Source: Fonticula alba ATCC 38817 (taxonomy: Eukaryota; Protista; Nucleariida). From it: a stretch of DNA of 64,000 nt. Positions 49,311 through 61,674 of the stretch are shown here, piece after piece. The notes below the pieces were generated by a model. It did no database searches. It saw nothing but the letters and a program-made list of their open reading frames with translations, and had not been told where the DNA came from. The translations under genes were made by a program, and so were the position numbers. Numbering within the stretch: the stretch's first letter is position 1; the number at the start of each line of letters is the position of its first letter. The stretch lies in NCBI GenBank assembly GCA_000388065.2, contig KB932204.1, one strand, 5' to 3'.

Positions 49311-50372
49311 ATGGTACACCACCGGGCCCTTGATGCGCTCTCGAGTGCGATGCTCGCGATACTGACACTCCACGCGTGCGCGCCCACGCCCCGCCCCGCC
49401 CCGCCCCGCCCTCGCCTCTCCCTCTCCCGGCCACAGATCCAGACCCTCCTCATTAGCGCCCTTATTGAGAACGGCCAGAACCTTCGCATCCCCAACGACT
49501 ACACCTGGAAGTTCACTGTGCGTGGTGCTCGTGCCCTTTTTGCTGACGACCAATGGCCGAGCATGGACGGGTCTCCTTTGCCGCGTGTCCTCTGACTCCC
49601 AAATTTGCTGTTTGCCTTTCCTTTTTCCCTCCTCTCCCTTTCTCTTTCCGGCGCGCAGCTCGAGTGCAGCAACTGCCGCGAGCGGTCCCCCAAGCCTGTG
49701 GTCTTCAACGGCATCGTACGCGCGCTGCCTTCTCTGGGTGCACTTTTTTCGCCAGCCTCCTTGCATTCTAACCTCCCCCCTCCTGCCTGTAGGACAAGGA
49801 CTCCCCCGGTGACAATGATCGCGTCAGCGTCAACTTCTACATGACCTGCAAGGGCTGCCGTCGTCAGGCTACCATCGGTGCGAATTATCCCCTCCCCCCC
49901 CCCCTCCCCCTTTTCCCTCCTCCTCCCTTCCTTTTCCGTCCCCCCCGCTCCCTCCTTCGGCCTGCTCCTTTCTCCCCTCCTGCTGACAACCCTGCCCGGT
50001 GTGCATTTGGCCCTTGACAGATGTCCTTCGCATCAACATCACCGAGATCACCGGCACCTCGCCCGAGCTGGTCCCCTTCGCCACTTTCGAGTGCCGCAAC
50101 ACCAGCCTCGTGGAGTTCTTCCCTTCGGTTCGTACTTGGCCTTTTGGCCACCCTCTGCCCAGTTCTGCCGGCCCCTGTCCCACCCATGCTCACCCTCTGC
50201 CATCCTCCCCTCCGGTGTCGGTTTCGCCCGGCCGCAGGACGAGTTCGAGATCACCTCCACCGAGTCGGACACCATCTTCAAGGAGGTCGACCCTTCGGAC
50301 GAGTGGGCCGACTACGATGAGAAGGGCCAGGTTTCCGTCTCCATCGAGGAGTTCAACTACAAGCTGGATTGA
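49311..50372 (+). CDS. CZIB: CXXC motif zinc-binding protein (C1orf123/DUF866/UPF0587); 6 exons: 49311-49313, 49437-49517, 49659-49715, 49793-49877, 50021-50127, 50238-50372
   Basis: Spliced product MIQTLLISALIENGQNLRIPNDYTWKFTLECSNCRE...TCKGCRR...FATFECRNTSLVEFFP...EWADYDEKGQVSVSI follows the DUF866 pattern (two CxxC, FECRG, WxDYDEK). Confidence 0.92.
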
Positions 50373-50615
50373 GATGGCCGCATCACCTGCATGCATGGCA
50401 GCCTCCGGCTGATGGGCCGGAGGACGGACACCGTGTCAATACATGTGCGTGTGAGCACACGTCGGCCTCTTGTTTGGCGCGGTGGTGCAACACCAGCCCA
50501 TCCAGCAATAGGAGACAAGCACCCGCAAAACTGCGCAGCAAAGGAATCACCGTATGTATGGGTTGCACGAAACGCAAGGGAGGGGGATGGAGGACACCCG
50601 AAGGGTCGCCACACA

Positions 50616-52988
50616 TCACCCGGTGTGTGGCTTGGAGGGGAGCAGCCGGCGGACCACCTCGGCCACCGGGGCCAGCAGAACGAACTGGGCGGTGACCACG
50701 GACGGGGCTTCGGAGATTGCGGGAGCCTGACCCTGCATCTGGCGCGGGGCCGCCTCTTCGGCGGCCGGGGTGACACGTGCCGCCGGCGGAGATGCTGCCT
50801 TGGCCGGAGCCGGCGCCGCGCCGGCTGTCGGGTCGTACTTGGCACCGAGGATGGAGCTGGCATTGACTGCCACAAAGCCAATCATCACCAGCACCACGCC
50901 CATCCAGTAGACCCAGCTGTCGGGGATGGACACTCCCGAGCCGCCGAATGCGGCAATCAGCGCCTCGGCCAGGAGGGCACCGGGGATGGTGAGCGACAGG
51001 CCGAGGGTCACGATGACGGGTGAGGTCATCAGCATGGCACGTAGCCACAGGAAGTCCGACGCCACGGTCCCCAGCAGGCCATTGAGAATCAAGGCCCAGA
51101 AAACCAGCGAGGTGGGCGGCAGCTCGAAGGGCTCCAGCCCGGTGTAGTGCGCGATCAAAAGCAGAGGCCACAAGAGCAGGACATTGAAGAGCCCAACGAA
51201 AGCTGGGCCAACAGCCGAGGAAATTGGACGGGGAGGGGGGGGGGGGGGAGGGACCAAGGGAGGCGGGGCGGTTGGGTGAGATGGACCAGGGAGCAGATGC
51301 ACAGGCTGGCGGGGACGAACCAAAGAAGAGCTGGGAGTTCATGCGCTCCTCGTGGCCAATGCGCAGCTTCAGCAGCACGATGTACAGCCCATAGAGGATG
51401 GCACCGCCGAGGGCCAGCAGATCACCCAAAAGGGGATTCGGCGGCAGGGGAGCCCCGCTGCCGGAAGAACCGGAACCCGACGTGTCCCCCGAGGCGTCGG
51501 TCAGTGCCACCATGACCACGCCCCCGAGACTGGGTGACATTGGTGGCAATGGAAGAGGGCGGCCGGGTGAGTAGGGGCCGGAAATGCCGCGCTGGAAGCA
51601 TTTTGAGCGTGGAGCGAGCAGCAAGAGAGAGAGAGAGAGAGGGGGGGGTGGGGAGGGGGGGAAGGAGTAGAGAGGGCGCGAGAGAGCAGAGCGGCCAGGA
51701 GAAGGGGCCGGAATGAGCGCGTACACGGCCAGGACACTGGAGAACTTGCCGATGCTCAGGAAGTCCACGCGAGCCAGGGCCCCAAAGAGCAAGGTCCACA
51801 TTCCGCTGGTGGTGGAAAAAATCATCGAGGAGGAAACGGACGTGTAGGCCAGCGAAGCATTGGCCGTGTAGTTGGCCCCAAACCACAGGAGGCAGAAGAG
51901 AATCGCCAGGTGGGCAGTCTGATCGGGCAGCCGGCAGATGAGCAGACAGAAAAGCGGGGGGGGGGGGGGGGCGGGAGGGGGACGTCAGTCCGGGAGTCGA
52001 GGGAGGAGGGGCTCCATGTGCCGGGCGGCCACCGGGTGCGGAGAAATCCGGCGTACCTCGCGCATGGTGAGCTTCGGCGGGACGGCGGCTGTCGCGTCGG
52101 GGGGGAGTGCCTTCGGCTCGGGCATCGAGTCGTCAATCTCACTGAGGTTGGTCGACGCGGCGGGGACCACAAGCGGGCTGTGCTCGGGCTCCGAGTCACT
52201 GTCGGAGCTGCGGCCTGGAAGATGAGCATCATCGGCCAGCAGGGGGGCGTCGCTGTCATCCAGCAGGGGAGGATGCTTGGACATGGACGAGGAAATCCGA
52301 CCAAGGCGAGCCCCATGAAGTGCATGTGTCAGTGCGGGCGTGTGGGGAGGGAAGAGCGGGGAGTCGAGGGGGGGGGGNNNNNNNNNNGGGGGGGGAAGTG
52401 GGTCCCGGCATGGGTGCACCTGATCGACTGAGGCCGGGAAGTACTTGCTCCGGAGGCGACGGTACACATGCTCGATGCCCATCAACAGCCAGTGGACCGA
52501 GAAGAGGGCGGTCGACAGGTAGGTGACAAACATGGGCTTGCTGTAGCCGACATCCACAAAGATATTCTTCGAGCCCCGGGAGGATGGTTAGTGGCAGTCG
52601 GCCGGAAGATCTGACAAGCCAAAAAGGGGGGGGGGGCGGGGGAGGGGGGGCGGCAGGGACATACCTGCACCAGGAGTGAGGCCCCCACCCAGAGGCAGAT
52701 GACCCCGAGGAGGCAAAGCAGCCCGACGAGGTACCGCGGCGTGAGCCAGGCCGGCCTCGACAGACGGAGGAGGTGCGACATGAAAGGCAGGGAGAGGCTG
52801 GCCAGGGCGCGCGGGCAGGCGAGCAGAGAGGATGAGGCAGCAGGTGGTGAAGCAGGCGTGCCGGAGGGCCAGCCCGGGATGTGGCCCCTCTTCAACACGG
52901 CGATCTCGACACGTTGGCAAACGCCCTCCCCAGCGGGGCCCAGCCTGGGGTCTTGCCCGGTCCCCTGGGCCTCTTCTTCCCGGGCCAT
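50616..52988 (-). CDS. SLC35F5: SLC35F5/Thi74-like EamA (DMT superfamily) membrane transporter; multi-exon; start uncertain (52988 or ~52780)
   Basis: RYLVGLLCLLGVICLWVGAS; YSKPMFVTYLSTALF; LFCLLWFGANYTANASLAYTSVSSSMIFSTTSGMWTL; GDLLALGGAILYGLY; FVGLFNVLLLWP; NGLLGTVASDFLWLRAMLMTSP; LSLTIPGALLAE. Confidence 0.88.
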
Positions 52989-53370
52989 CCTCTTAAAAAT
53001 GGCCGGCAAGGGCGAAGGGACGGCAGGGGGGCGGGGCGCGGGGCCGCCGGGGTGGGACACATGTTGGCTAGCTTACAGGCCGATCGCGATCGGTTGGCAT
53101 TTCGCCCCTACTGCCAGCGCATGTGCTATCACATGTGGAGGCCCCAATCTGGGCGCACACTAAACAGGCGGGGCGGGGGCGAGGGGGGCCGCCGCGAGCG
53201 GCAGACACAGGGAACAAGAGGGGGAAAGAGGGGGGGGGGGGGAGATCCGCCGCGTGTGGGGCCCAGGTGCAGGGGGTGCCCGAGCGACCTCGGGGTCAGC
53301 GATTACGTTCTCAAGGGCAATGCCCTGTGTAAGCATCAGCGGGTTCCGGAACGGAGAAAGCCGGCCCGCG

Positions 53371-53406
<36 letters not shown>

Positions 53407-53730
53407 GGGCTTGGCGGGCCGAAAAAAAAGAACAAGCGAGACCGACCGGCCCGGACAGCCAGGCCCGGCTTCGCCCACTCCCCCCCCCTGGGCAAGCCAT
53501 ACACACTCGCCCTTAAGAGCGACCTCCCGGCGGGGGTGGGTCCCTGCGCGGGCCGATCGTGCACAGTGCCCCACTGCCCGACCCATTCCCCCGTTCTCCT
53601 TTCCCCCCCCCCCTCCCCCCTCCCCTGTCTTTCTCCCCCTCCCCTCCCCTCAGATCCCTTTCATCTGGCTTCCTCGCGCCCCCGGTCTCTCTGGCTGCCA
53701 GGACCTCCTCTGTCCCCTGGACCCGCTATC

Positions 53731-56150
53731 ATGTCGGGCCCGTCCTCCTTCTCCGGGGCTGCGCTGCTGTCGGACCTGAATGACTTCATCGGCCCGTCGC
53801 AGGCGTGTGTCCTGCCGCCGGTGTCTCGCCTTCCTTCGGAGAAGAACACCACGGCCGCGCCGCCTGCTGGTGGCAACGTGCGTCGCACGCTGTGGCCTCC
53901 CTCCCGAAACGCGGGCCCGCGCATTTGCCCCCTCCACCTGTGTGCTGACGACCATGGATTTTGCTCCCTCCTTCTTCTGCCCATGAATGACAGACTGGCA
54001 TGATTGCCATCGAAGGCCAGGTCGACGCCCCGCCCACGCCGGCCCCGCCAACTGCCCCTGCCGATGACCTGCCTCTGGAGAAGAAGGTGGAAATTACTCT
54101 GGCCGACTGCCTGGCCTGCTCCGGATGCGTGACCAGCGCCGAAGCGGTGCTGGTTAACTCCCAAAGCACCACCGAGGTCCTGCGCCTGGTTGAGACCAAC
54201 CATCGTCTGGCCCAGGTACGCCACACGCCCTTGGCCGTGCACCCTCCTCCCCTCCCTTGGCCCAGCTTCCCCGGGTGCCGGGCAACTCACGCTCCATGTT
54301 CCCCTGCAGGAGGGCAAGACCTCGGAGATCCGGCCCATCTGCGTGACGATTGCCCCACAAATTGCGGCCTCCTTTGCGGCACGCTACCAGCTTGCCAGTC
54401 CGGCCGAGGCCCGGGGGCGGCTGGCGCATGCCATCCGCCGGCTGTTTGGCCTTCCGGCCGATGTCGACCCGGCTGAGGCCACCCCGGCACGCATCTGGGT
54501 GTTCGACGAGCGCGAGGCCCGGCGGGTGGGCCTCGCCGAGGCGGCCGCCGAGTTCCTGCACCGGTTCTGCGCGGCTCGCGGCGGCCCGGCCGCCCTGCAG
54601 GGGTGCTCCACGGTTCTCGCGGCCTCCGTGGCCGGCCTGCCGGCGCGCTCGGCCTCTGGGCCCGCACGGCGAGCGGCTGCCGCGGCCCCCGCGTCCGCCG
54701 GCCCCATCCTGGCGTCCGCCTGCCCGGGATGGACTTGCTACGCGGAGAAGCACGCCCGGGCCGCCCTCTATGTGCCGATGTTGGCCACCACATCGAGCGC
54801 CACTCGTGTGGCTGGTGCCCTTGCCCGGCGGGCCGTGGCCGCCGATGCGACGGCCCGCCAAGCCGGCCGGCCCTTCCATGTCAGTGTGCAGATGTGCTAC
54901 GACAAGAAGCTCGAGGCGGCCCGGCGCTCGGGCGGCCTCGGCGATGAGGCGGCCCCCACCGATGGCGGCCTCGATGTGGACTGTGTCCTGACGGCCGGCG
55001 AGCTGGATGCGGCCATCCGCGCGGCCACCGGCCCCCTGGATGGACTTCCGTCCGAGCAGCTGGATAGCCTGCTTGCCAGCTTGGGCCCCTCGGATTGCCC
55101 CTCTCATCCGGCCTCTCCCTCGAACTTGGCCTCGCCGGCGTCCGCCACCCCGGGGTCTCCCACGCCCGGGCCCGATGAGGACCTCCTGTCCGACATGGAG
55201 GAGGATGCCGGAGCCGGTGGCCTGCTGGAGTACCTGCTCCGCGCGGCGGCGTACGAGCTCTTTGGTCTTGTGCTTCCATTCGGGGCCGTGGCGCACCTGC
55301 GCCGGGCGGCGCCCACCCCCGGGTCCCGGGCCTCCCTCCCGCTGGCTCCCTTCACCCCGGGGCAGACTGCTCGCCTGGAAACGCGGGTCGGCCGCAATGC
55401 CGATACCCGGGACTTTGTCCTGCTGCTGGTGGCCGATGCTGACGATCCCGTGGAACGTGAGGTTCTGACCTTCGGCACGGCGTACGGCTTCAGGAACATC
55501 CAGAATGTGGCCCGCCGAGTGACGCGCCCGGCGCGCCCAGGCGCCGGCTCCGGGTGGGACTTCGTCGAGATGATGGCCTGCCCAGGTGGTGCGTCCATGC
55601 CAGGGGACATGCTCCCCGGTCCCCCCTTGCCTCTTTCACAGGGCGGCTCTTTTGTCTCCTTTTCCCCTGGCCCTCCTCCTCACGCACCGCTCCGCCTTGC
55701 CCTGCTGCCCTCCCGCGTGCCCTCCCCCTGTGCCCTTCTCTCCCTGCCTGTCTCCCGGTCGACCATCCCGTAGCATGCCTGAATGGCGCGGGCCAGCTTC
55801 GCCCGGTGGATCCGGACAAGCCGGACATGTCGCCCGAGGAGGCAGCCCTTTTGCCGCCTCCTTCGCCAGAGGCCGCGCGCGCGCTCCTTCGACTGGTGGC
55901 CGAGCTGTATGGCGCCGATGCCGGCCGGACTCCAGCCACCGATTCCGATGCCCTGCAGGCCCTGACGGCCCGGACGCACGCCGCCTGGCTGGCCGAGATG
56001 GCCTGGGTTGGCCGAGCGTATGGCGCTCTCTTTGGCCAAGACGCCATCCCCTACGGGCCCGCGGCTCGGGCTGCCCTTCATGTGCGCTACAATGTCATCG
56101 AGGCGCCCAAGGACTCCGACCCGGTCAGCCTGGCCAGTGTGGAGTGGTAA
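53731..56150 (+). CDS. NAR1: Cytosolic Fe-S cluster assembly factor Nar1/NARFL (CIAO3), FeFe-hydrogenase-like; 4 exons
   Basis: [21 protein letters not shown]; [17 protein letters not shown]; [13 protein letters not shown]; MCYDKKLEA; DCVLT; AYGFRNIQN; FVEMMACPG|ACLNGAGQ; terminal LHVRY...EW. Confidence 0.95.
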
Positions 56151-56459
56151 TGTCGCCAGACATTTGAGAGGTCCCCCCCCCCCCCCCCCGCCCGGAGGGG
56201 GAGGGGAACAGACAATAGACATAGATTTTCCCCTGGCCGCCCATTTGTTGATGTGCGTCCATGCGCGCATTCACGCACGCGCGGGCGAAGAAGAAGAAGA
56301 AGAAGGGCAAGGGAAGGCCATCGATCTATATGGTTGTATATTGGGAGGGGGCGGAGGGAAAGAAGAGGCGTTGAGGCGCCATGGCGCGGGGAGGGGGGGG
56401 GGGGGGACGGGGAACAAGGGCAGAAAAAGGGGGGGGGAGGGGAGAGATGGAGGAAGACC

Positions 56460-56839
56460 TTAGGCCTGGATCTCGTCCAGAGTAATCTTAAAGATCTTGA
56501 GCAGAGACTCCGGAATGAAGGCACCCCGAGGATCTGGGACGAAAAAGAGAGGCACAGGAGCAATGAGGGTGAGAAGGGCGGCGGGGAGAGTGTGGTGAAG
56601 GGCATGTGCTCGGGGCGCGGATGTGAGAGCGCCGAGAGGGAGGAGAAAAAAGACGCACCCCCACGGTTGTGGAACTGAGCGAACTGGACGGTGCAGATGC
56701 GCAGGCGAGCAAGCAGAGGGGCCGCCTTCGGCTCGACGTCCTGGATCGCCATCAAGCGAGTGACGATGATCGGCAGCAGGACATCCAGGTTCTCGCCGAC
56801 CGGCTTCAGGCAGGGGCTTTGGAGGGGAGAGGAGGTGGC

Positions 56840-56881
<42 letters not shown>

Positions 56882-58174
56882 GGGCAGGGAGTCCGTGTGT
56901 CGTCAGTGAAAATAGTCGGCGCAGGGGGAAATAGACGTATGGGGGGGGAGGGGGGGAGGAGGAGGGAAAACAAGCGAAGAGCCGAGGCGCGGGAGGGCGA
57001 TCGGGCGCACAGGTTGCTCGGGTAGAAGAAAACCTCCGCAGCATAGATGGTGCTGTCGTTGGTATTGGCATTCAGGCAAGCGCGGATCAGAAGGGAGAAA
57101 GTCGTGACGTTCGGGGTGTACTGGCGGCGCATCATGCGGAAAGCCTCGAAGCCTGGATGAAGGGCAAAAGGGAAAGGGGAAGTCAGCAAACCGACCGAAG
57201 GTGTGCACATACACGGCCGGGGCGAGGCCCGGCAAATGTGGCGGATAGCAGGCAGCACGCACAGCGGGGAAGCAGGCTGGGGTCGGCGCGGCAGTCGATG
57301 GCCAGGCGGTACAGCAGCCCCTGAAGATCCTGGAAAGAGGGATAAAGAGTGTACTTGGAGGGATTCTTGAAGTACTTAAACATCAGCAGCGGCTGGTTGA
57401 TGCGAATGAGGGCCTTGGCGAGAGCACCACCGGTCTGGATGTTGATGGTCTGATGGCGAACACGGAAACTGGAGGACGAGCGGATGGCCAAGCGGCAGGG
57501 AAGGGAGGAAGGTGGCCGAGCAGACGGATGGTCAGATTTTCAAAAAAAAAAAGCGAGCAGAGGGAAGGAGGAGACGAGCATCTGAGGCAGGGTAAGAATG
57601 CACGCACGAATGGATGGCCTCGTCAAAGAGAGCCAGGTCGGCATCTGAGTCAATGGCACGAGCCAGGTTCAGCAAGTCCGACTGGGCGGGAGCCTGCCCG
57701 AGGAGGGTGCGCTCCTGGATCTTGGCCATGAAGGTCTCCGCAGGGGTAGAACCCTCGGGAAGGGGGGCCGCGTTCTCCTTCAGGTTGGCCAGCAGGGCGG
57801 AGCTGTCCGGCCGGGGGAAGAGGGCTACAGCATTTTATGAGGCGCCGAGGAGGAGGGGGGGCGGGGGAGAGAGAATCCCCAAAAAGGAGGGAGAAGAGGA
57901 GACAGAAGGTCAGCCAGAGGAGAAGGCGGAGGCGGAGGACAGGAAAAGAGAGAGAAGGAGGGGGAGAGGGAGAGAGAGAGAGAGGGAAGAAGGGAAACGC
58001 ACGCGCGGGGTTGCCATCAGAAGGCTCGTTGGGGACAATCAGGCGATCACCAGGCCGGGTACGAGTGACAGTCGAGAAGAAGGCAACCATGGAAGCGGGG
58101 CGGGCGGCGGAGGCGGCGGCGGCCTCGAGCGCCCGGAGGGCGGGGGCTGTGCGGGTAGCAATGCGGAAAAGCAT
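56460..58174 (-). CDS. Mitochondria-targeted PPR-motif protein; about 5-6 exons
   Basis: Presequence-like MLFRIATRTAPALRALEAAAASAARPASMVAFFST. PPR-like AFRMMRRQYTPNVTTFSLLIRACLN. Helical segments linked by GTGCGT...AG introns. Confidence 0.65.
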
Positions 58175-58992
58175 CTTTCGGGTTCGTGAAACTAGTTGAG
58201 GAGAGAGAGAGAGAGGAACAAAAAGAGGAGCAGAAAAGACCGTTAGTCCAGGGGGTCTGACAGAGGGTGGTGGGGGGGGGCCCTTTTGCGGCGATAGGAG
58301 GGATGGGATGAAAGAGAGAGAGGGAGAGAGAGGGGGAGAGAGGGGAGAGAGAGGGGGAGGGAGGGGGAGGGAGGAGAGGGGGAGGGAGGAGAGGGGGAGG
58401 GGCGCGAAATGTACAGGAAAGGAGAGGGGGAAAGACGACCGATATCCTGAGGCATCACAGCGCACTCTCCCCGATGAGGATGCAGATCAACCCCCCAACT
58501 GAACCGGACATGCATGCATGCGCGCGCGCGTGCGCGCGAGCAAGCGAGCATCCGGCCGAGTGGAGACCTGTGGTTGAGCCGCACCAGGGGCATCCGGGGA
58601 AACAGCGCCCAGCCTCCAGCGGCGGGAAGGGTCGATGAATGAGCATGGCGAAAAAAATCCCGAACAGCTTGGGAGAACAGAGGAAGGGCCTCTAACTTGC
58701 AGCATGCGGGGAGAGTACAAACTGGGGAGCGCGTCGCTTCTGAATGACATTTCGATGTCTGTGACTGGCAGGTGATCCTGAGGCGCCAACGGATTGTCCC
58801 GGCCGCACCCCTGGCCATGAGGCATGTCTCTCGTTGTCTCTCCCCCCGAGCGGCGGGGTTGCCTGGCGGGCGTCAGTCAGCAGGGCCCCCCCCCCCCATT
58901 CAGGACACTTGACTTTCTCAAATGTACCGCTTTCTCTCTCTCCCTCTCCCTCTCCTAGAAGCGACTTCCCCAACTGACTCCTCTCCTGGGAG

Positions 58993-59035
<43 letters not shown>

Positions 59036-59506
59036 AGCACACAGCAACCATGGTGACACTAGGACGCAGATGTTCGAGAGCATCCCCGGAACGGCACACA
59101 GGTGCCCGCCCCGCGCACCGGGGGTGGCCCGAAAGCATGGAGGAAGAAGAGATTCCGACCAGCTCCGGGAGATCCCTCGAAACGCTGGCAGAGTCCCTTG
59201 TCCTTCCCCCCCCCCGTCATCTTACCCTTCTNNNNNNNNNNNNNNNNNNNNNNNNNNNNNNNNNNNNNNNNNNNNNNNNNNNNNNNNNNNNNCCCCCCCC
59301 CTCCCCCTTTCCTCCTCCCCACTGGCTACTGTGCATGGAAGCGGCATTCCGCACGAGCACCAAGCTCATCAGATTCGCTGGCCCCCATCGCAGACAGTGA
59401 ACCCACACGTGCTCTCACGCCCATTTACACACACACAAAGGCACACCGGAGCGCACGCGCAGCGGCACATCCCCCCGGCTCCAAGGAAGAAGAGAGAGAT
59501 CCGGAA

Positions 59507-61396
59507 ATGCTTTCGGCCCTGTCGCGGCTATCCGCCCCGGGATTGGCTCCCATGGCGGCCCTCCGGCCGGTCGCCCTCGCCATTGCCCCTCGCGCGGCCT
59601 ACTCCAAGTCATCCAAGGACCCGTCCCCCAAGACGCCGGTGGATGTCGTGTATGAAGGCCAAGCACCGCTGCGCCTGCGGCGATCCCACATTATCCACAA
59701 GGACTTTCGCATCTTGGACGACAAGACAATGCGGCGCATCATCAAGACCCAAAACCTCGAGCCAGAGCCACTGCAAAACGACTCCTTCTTCTTTACGGAG
59801 ATGGACCAGAAGGAAGTCCTCATCCCCGAGCGTGTTCCCAGCCTGAGTATCCATCGCTCTTCATCCATCTATCCGGCCCTGGATGCGTTGTTGAACAACC
59901 GGCTGGTCGATGAAAAACGCCGCCGCAAAGCCCAAGAGTCCAAGAAGTTGGCCAAATCAAATTCCTCCCACCGCCGCCGGGGCAATAGCAACGACGGGAA
60001 CACCACCTCCGAGGCATTCATTCCCCTGGAGCCGGGTGTCTACACCCAGGGCGAGTATTCCAGCATGGGTGGCACCGGGCTTGGATTTGGATCCAAGGCC
60101 CTGGAGAATGGCGACTTCGAGTCCTGGCGCGAACGGCGCTTCATCACCCAGCGCACCGCGGATCGGGCTCGGCAAATTGCCACGAAGCAGGTTCTGGCCA
60201 AGTACGGCTTGACTGAGGCCGCCCTGGAACTGCCAGCCGGCGCCGGCCCGGCTGCTGCGGTCCATGTGAACAAACTCCAGCGTGAGATCGCGGCCGTGGC
60301 CCGGCCCATGTACACGTGGAATCCCAAGCGCAAGCTCTCTCGGTCGGACATGTACTCTCTTCGGGCCCTGCACAACCAGGTACGTGTGCCATTGCTGCCT
60401 GCCAATCAGTAGCTACCTCGGCCTTGCGGCCGCCTGTTCGCCCACATTCACCGGGGGCTGGGGGGGGGGGGGGATCCGTGAATACGAATGTGCCTGCGTG
60501 GATGGGCTCTTTCTCACACTGTGCCTTCTTCCTCCATCCGTGCTGCTCAGGATCCCGGGCAGTACAATGTCATGAACCTCTCTCTGATCTATGGGATCAG
60601 TGTCGAGGCCGTCCGGCGAATTCTTCGAAGCCGCTTCGAACGTCGGGTCGACTTGAATCGCTACCACAACACCATTGTCCGGGAGAATGTGGACGAAGAT
60701 CGCTTGGATGCGCATCTTGCCGAAGAGAACCGCCACCTGCTGGCGGCCAACGAACTGTCCCGTCGTTTGGAGATGGATCCGAGATTTAGCCATGCCGACC
60801 AGCCGTCCGACGACGAGCAGGAGGGCACGCCTGAGCAGGTGGTCAGCGTACTACATGACCTGCGGAGCTCGCTGACTGATTTGGAGCACACCCACCGGCT
60901 GTCCTACACCTCGCCGACGATTCGCTCGATTCAGACCTCGCCCGGGGAGTTCATCGCCTTCCCGAAGGATTATCATCCGGACCAGTATCCCGAGCGGCGC
61001 TTTGGCTGTGTGGTTGGCCCGGCCAACTTGACGCCCCCGCGCCCGGGTATCGAGGATTCCGGCCTGTCCTCGGAGTCACGGGCCCTGCCACATCCGCTGC
61101 TCCGTGCCAACCGGCGCCGGAGTCAGCTTTACAGCAAACAGGGCGAGGCCCTGCCAATGGCACAGTGGCCGATTGGCGTGCGCGTCCCCCGGCGTCGGCC
61201 TGGTGTCGATGCGCCTGCCCCGGAGGACGGCCAGCCGGCGGCCCCGAAGAACGCCCAGCCGGCGGCCCCGTTGGAGACCAGCCACGCCAGCTGGAGGCAG
61301 TCTGAGACCGGCCGCCAGTCGCGACCCAAGCAGCGCCACCGCCCATCCTCCCACTACCGCCCCCGTGGCAATGCCAAGACCCCGGATCGCAAGTAA
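59507..61396 (+). CDS. Rrg9/neugrin-like mitochondrial ribosome assembly factor; 2 exons (59507-60379, 60551-61396)
   Basis: Presequence-like MLSALSRLSAPGLAPMAALRPVALAIAPRAAYS. Spliced motif WNPKRKLSRSDMYSLRALHNQ|DPGQYNVMNLSLIYGISVEAVRRILRSRF matches the Rrg9/NGRN signature. Confidence 0.75.
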
Positions 61397-61674
61397 TGTC
61401 ATCCTCCTCCCGCATGCGATTTCCTTTCTCCTTTCCCCTCTTCATAGACTCTCCGGCGACGCATGATGCTGCGCGAAACAATGATACAAAAGTTGATTGC
61501 CACTTGGCACATGCCTTTGTCACACTTTCCGGAGGGGGGGGGGGGAGGGATACACAGGCATGGGCGTGGTTTGTTGCGTGCCAGGCACCGGCCATGAAGG
61601 AAAACATCCAACGAGGGGAGAAGACCGGGGGGGGGGGGGGAAACAGGCCAGGGGGGACCTACACAGGGGCAAAC

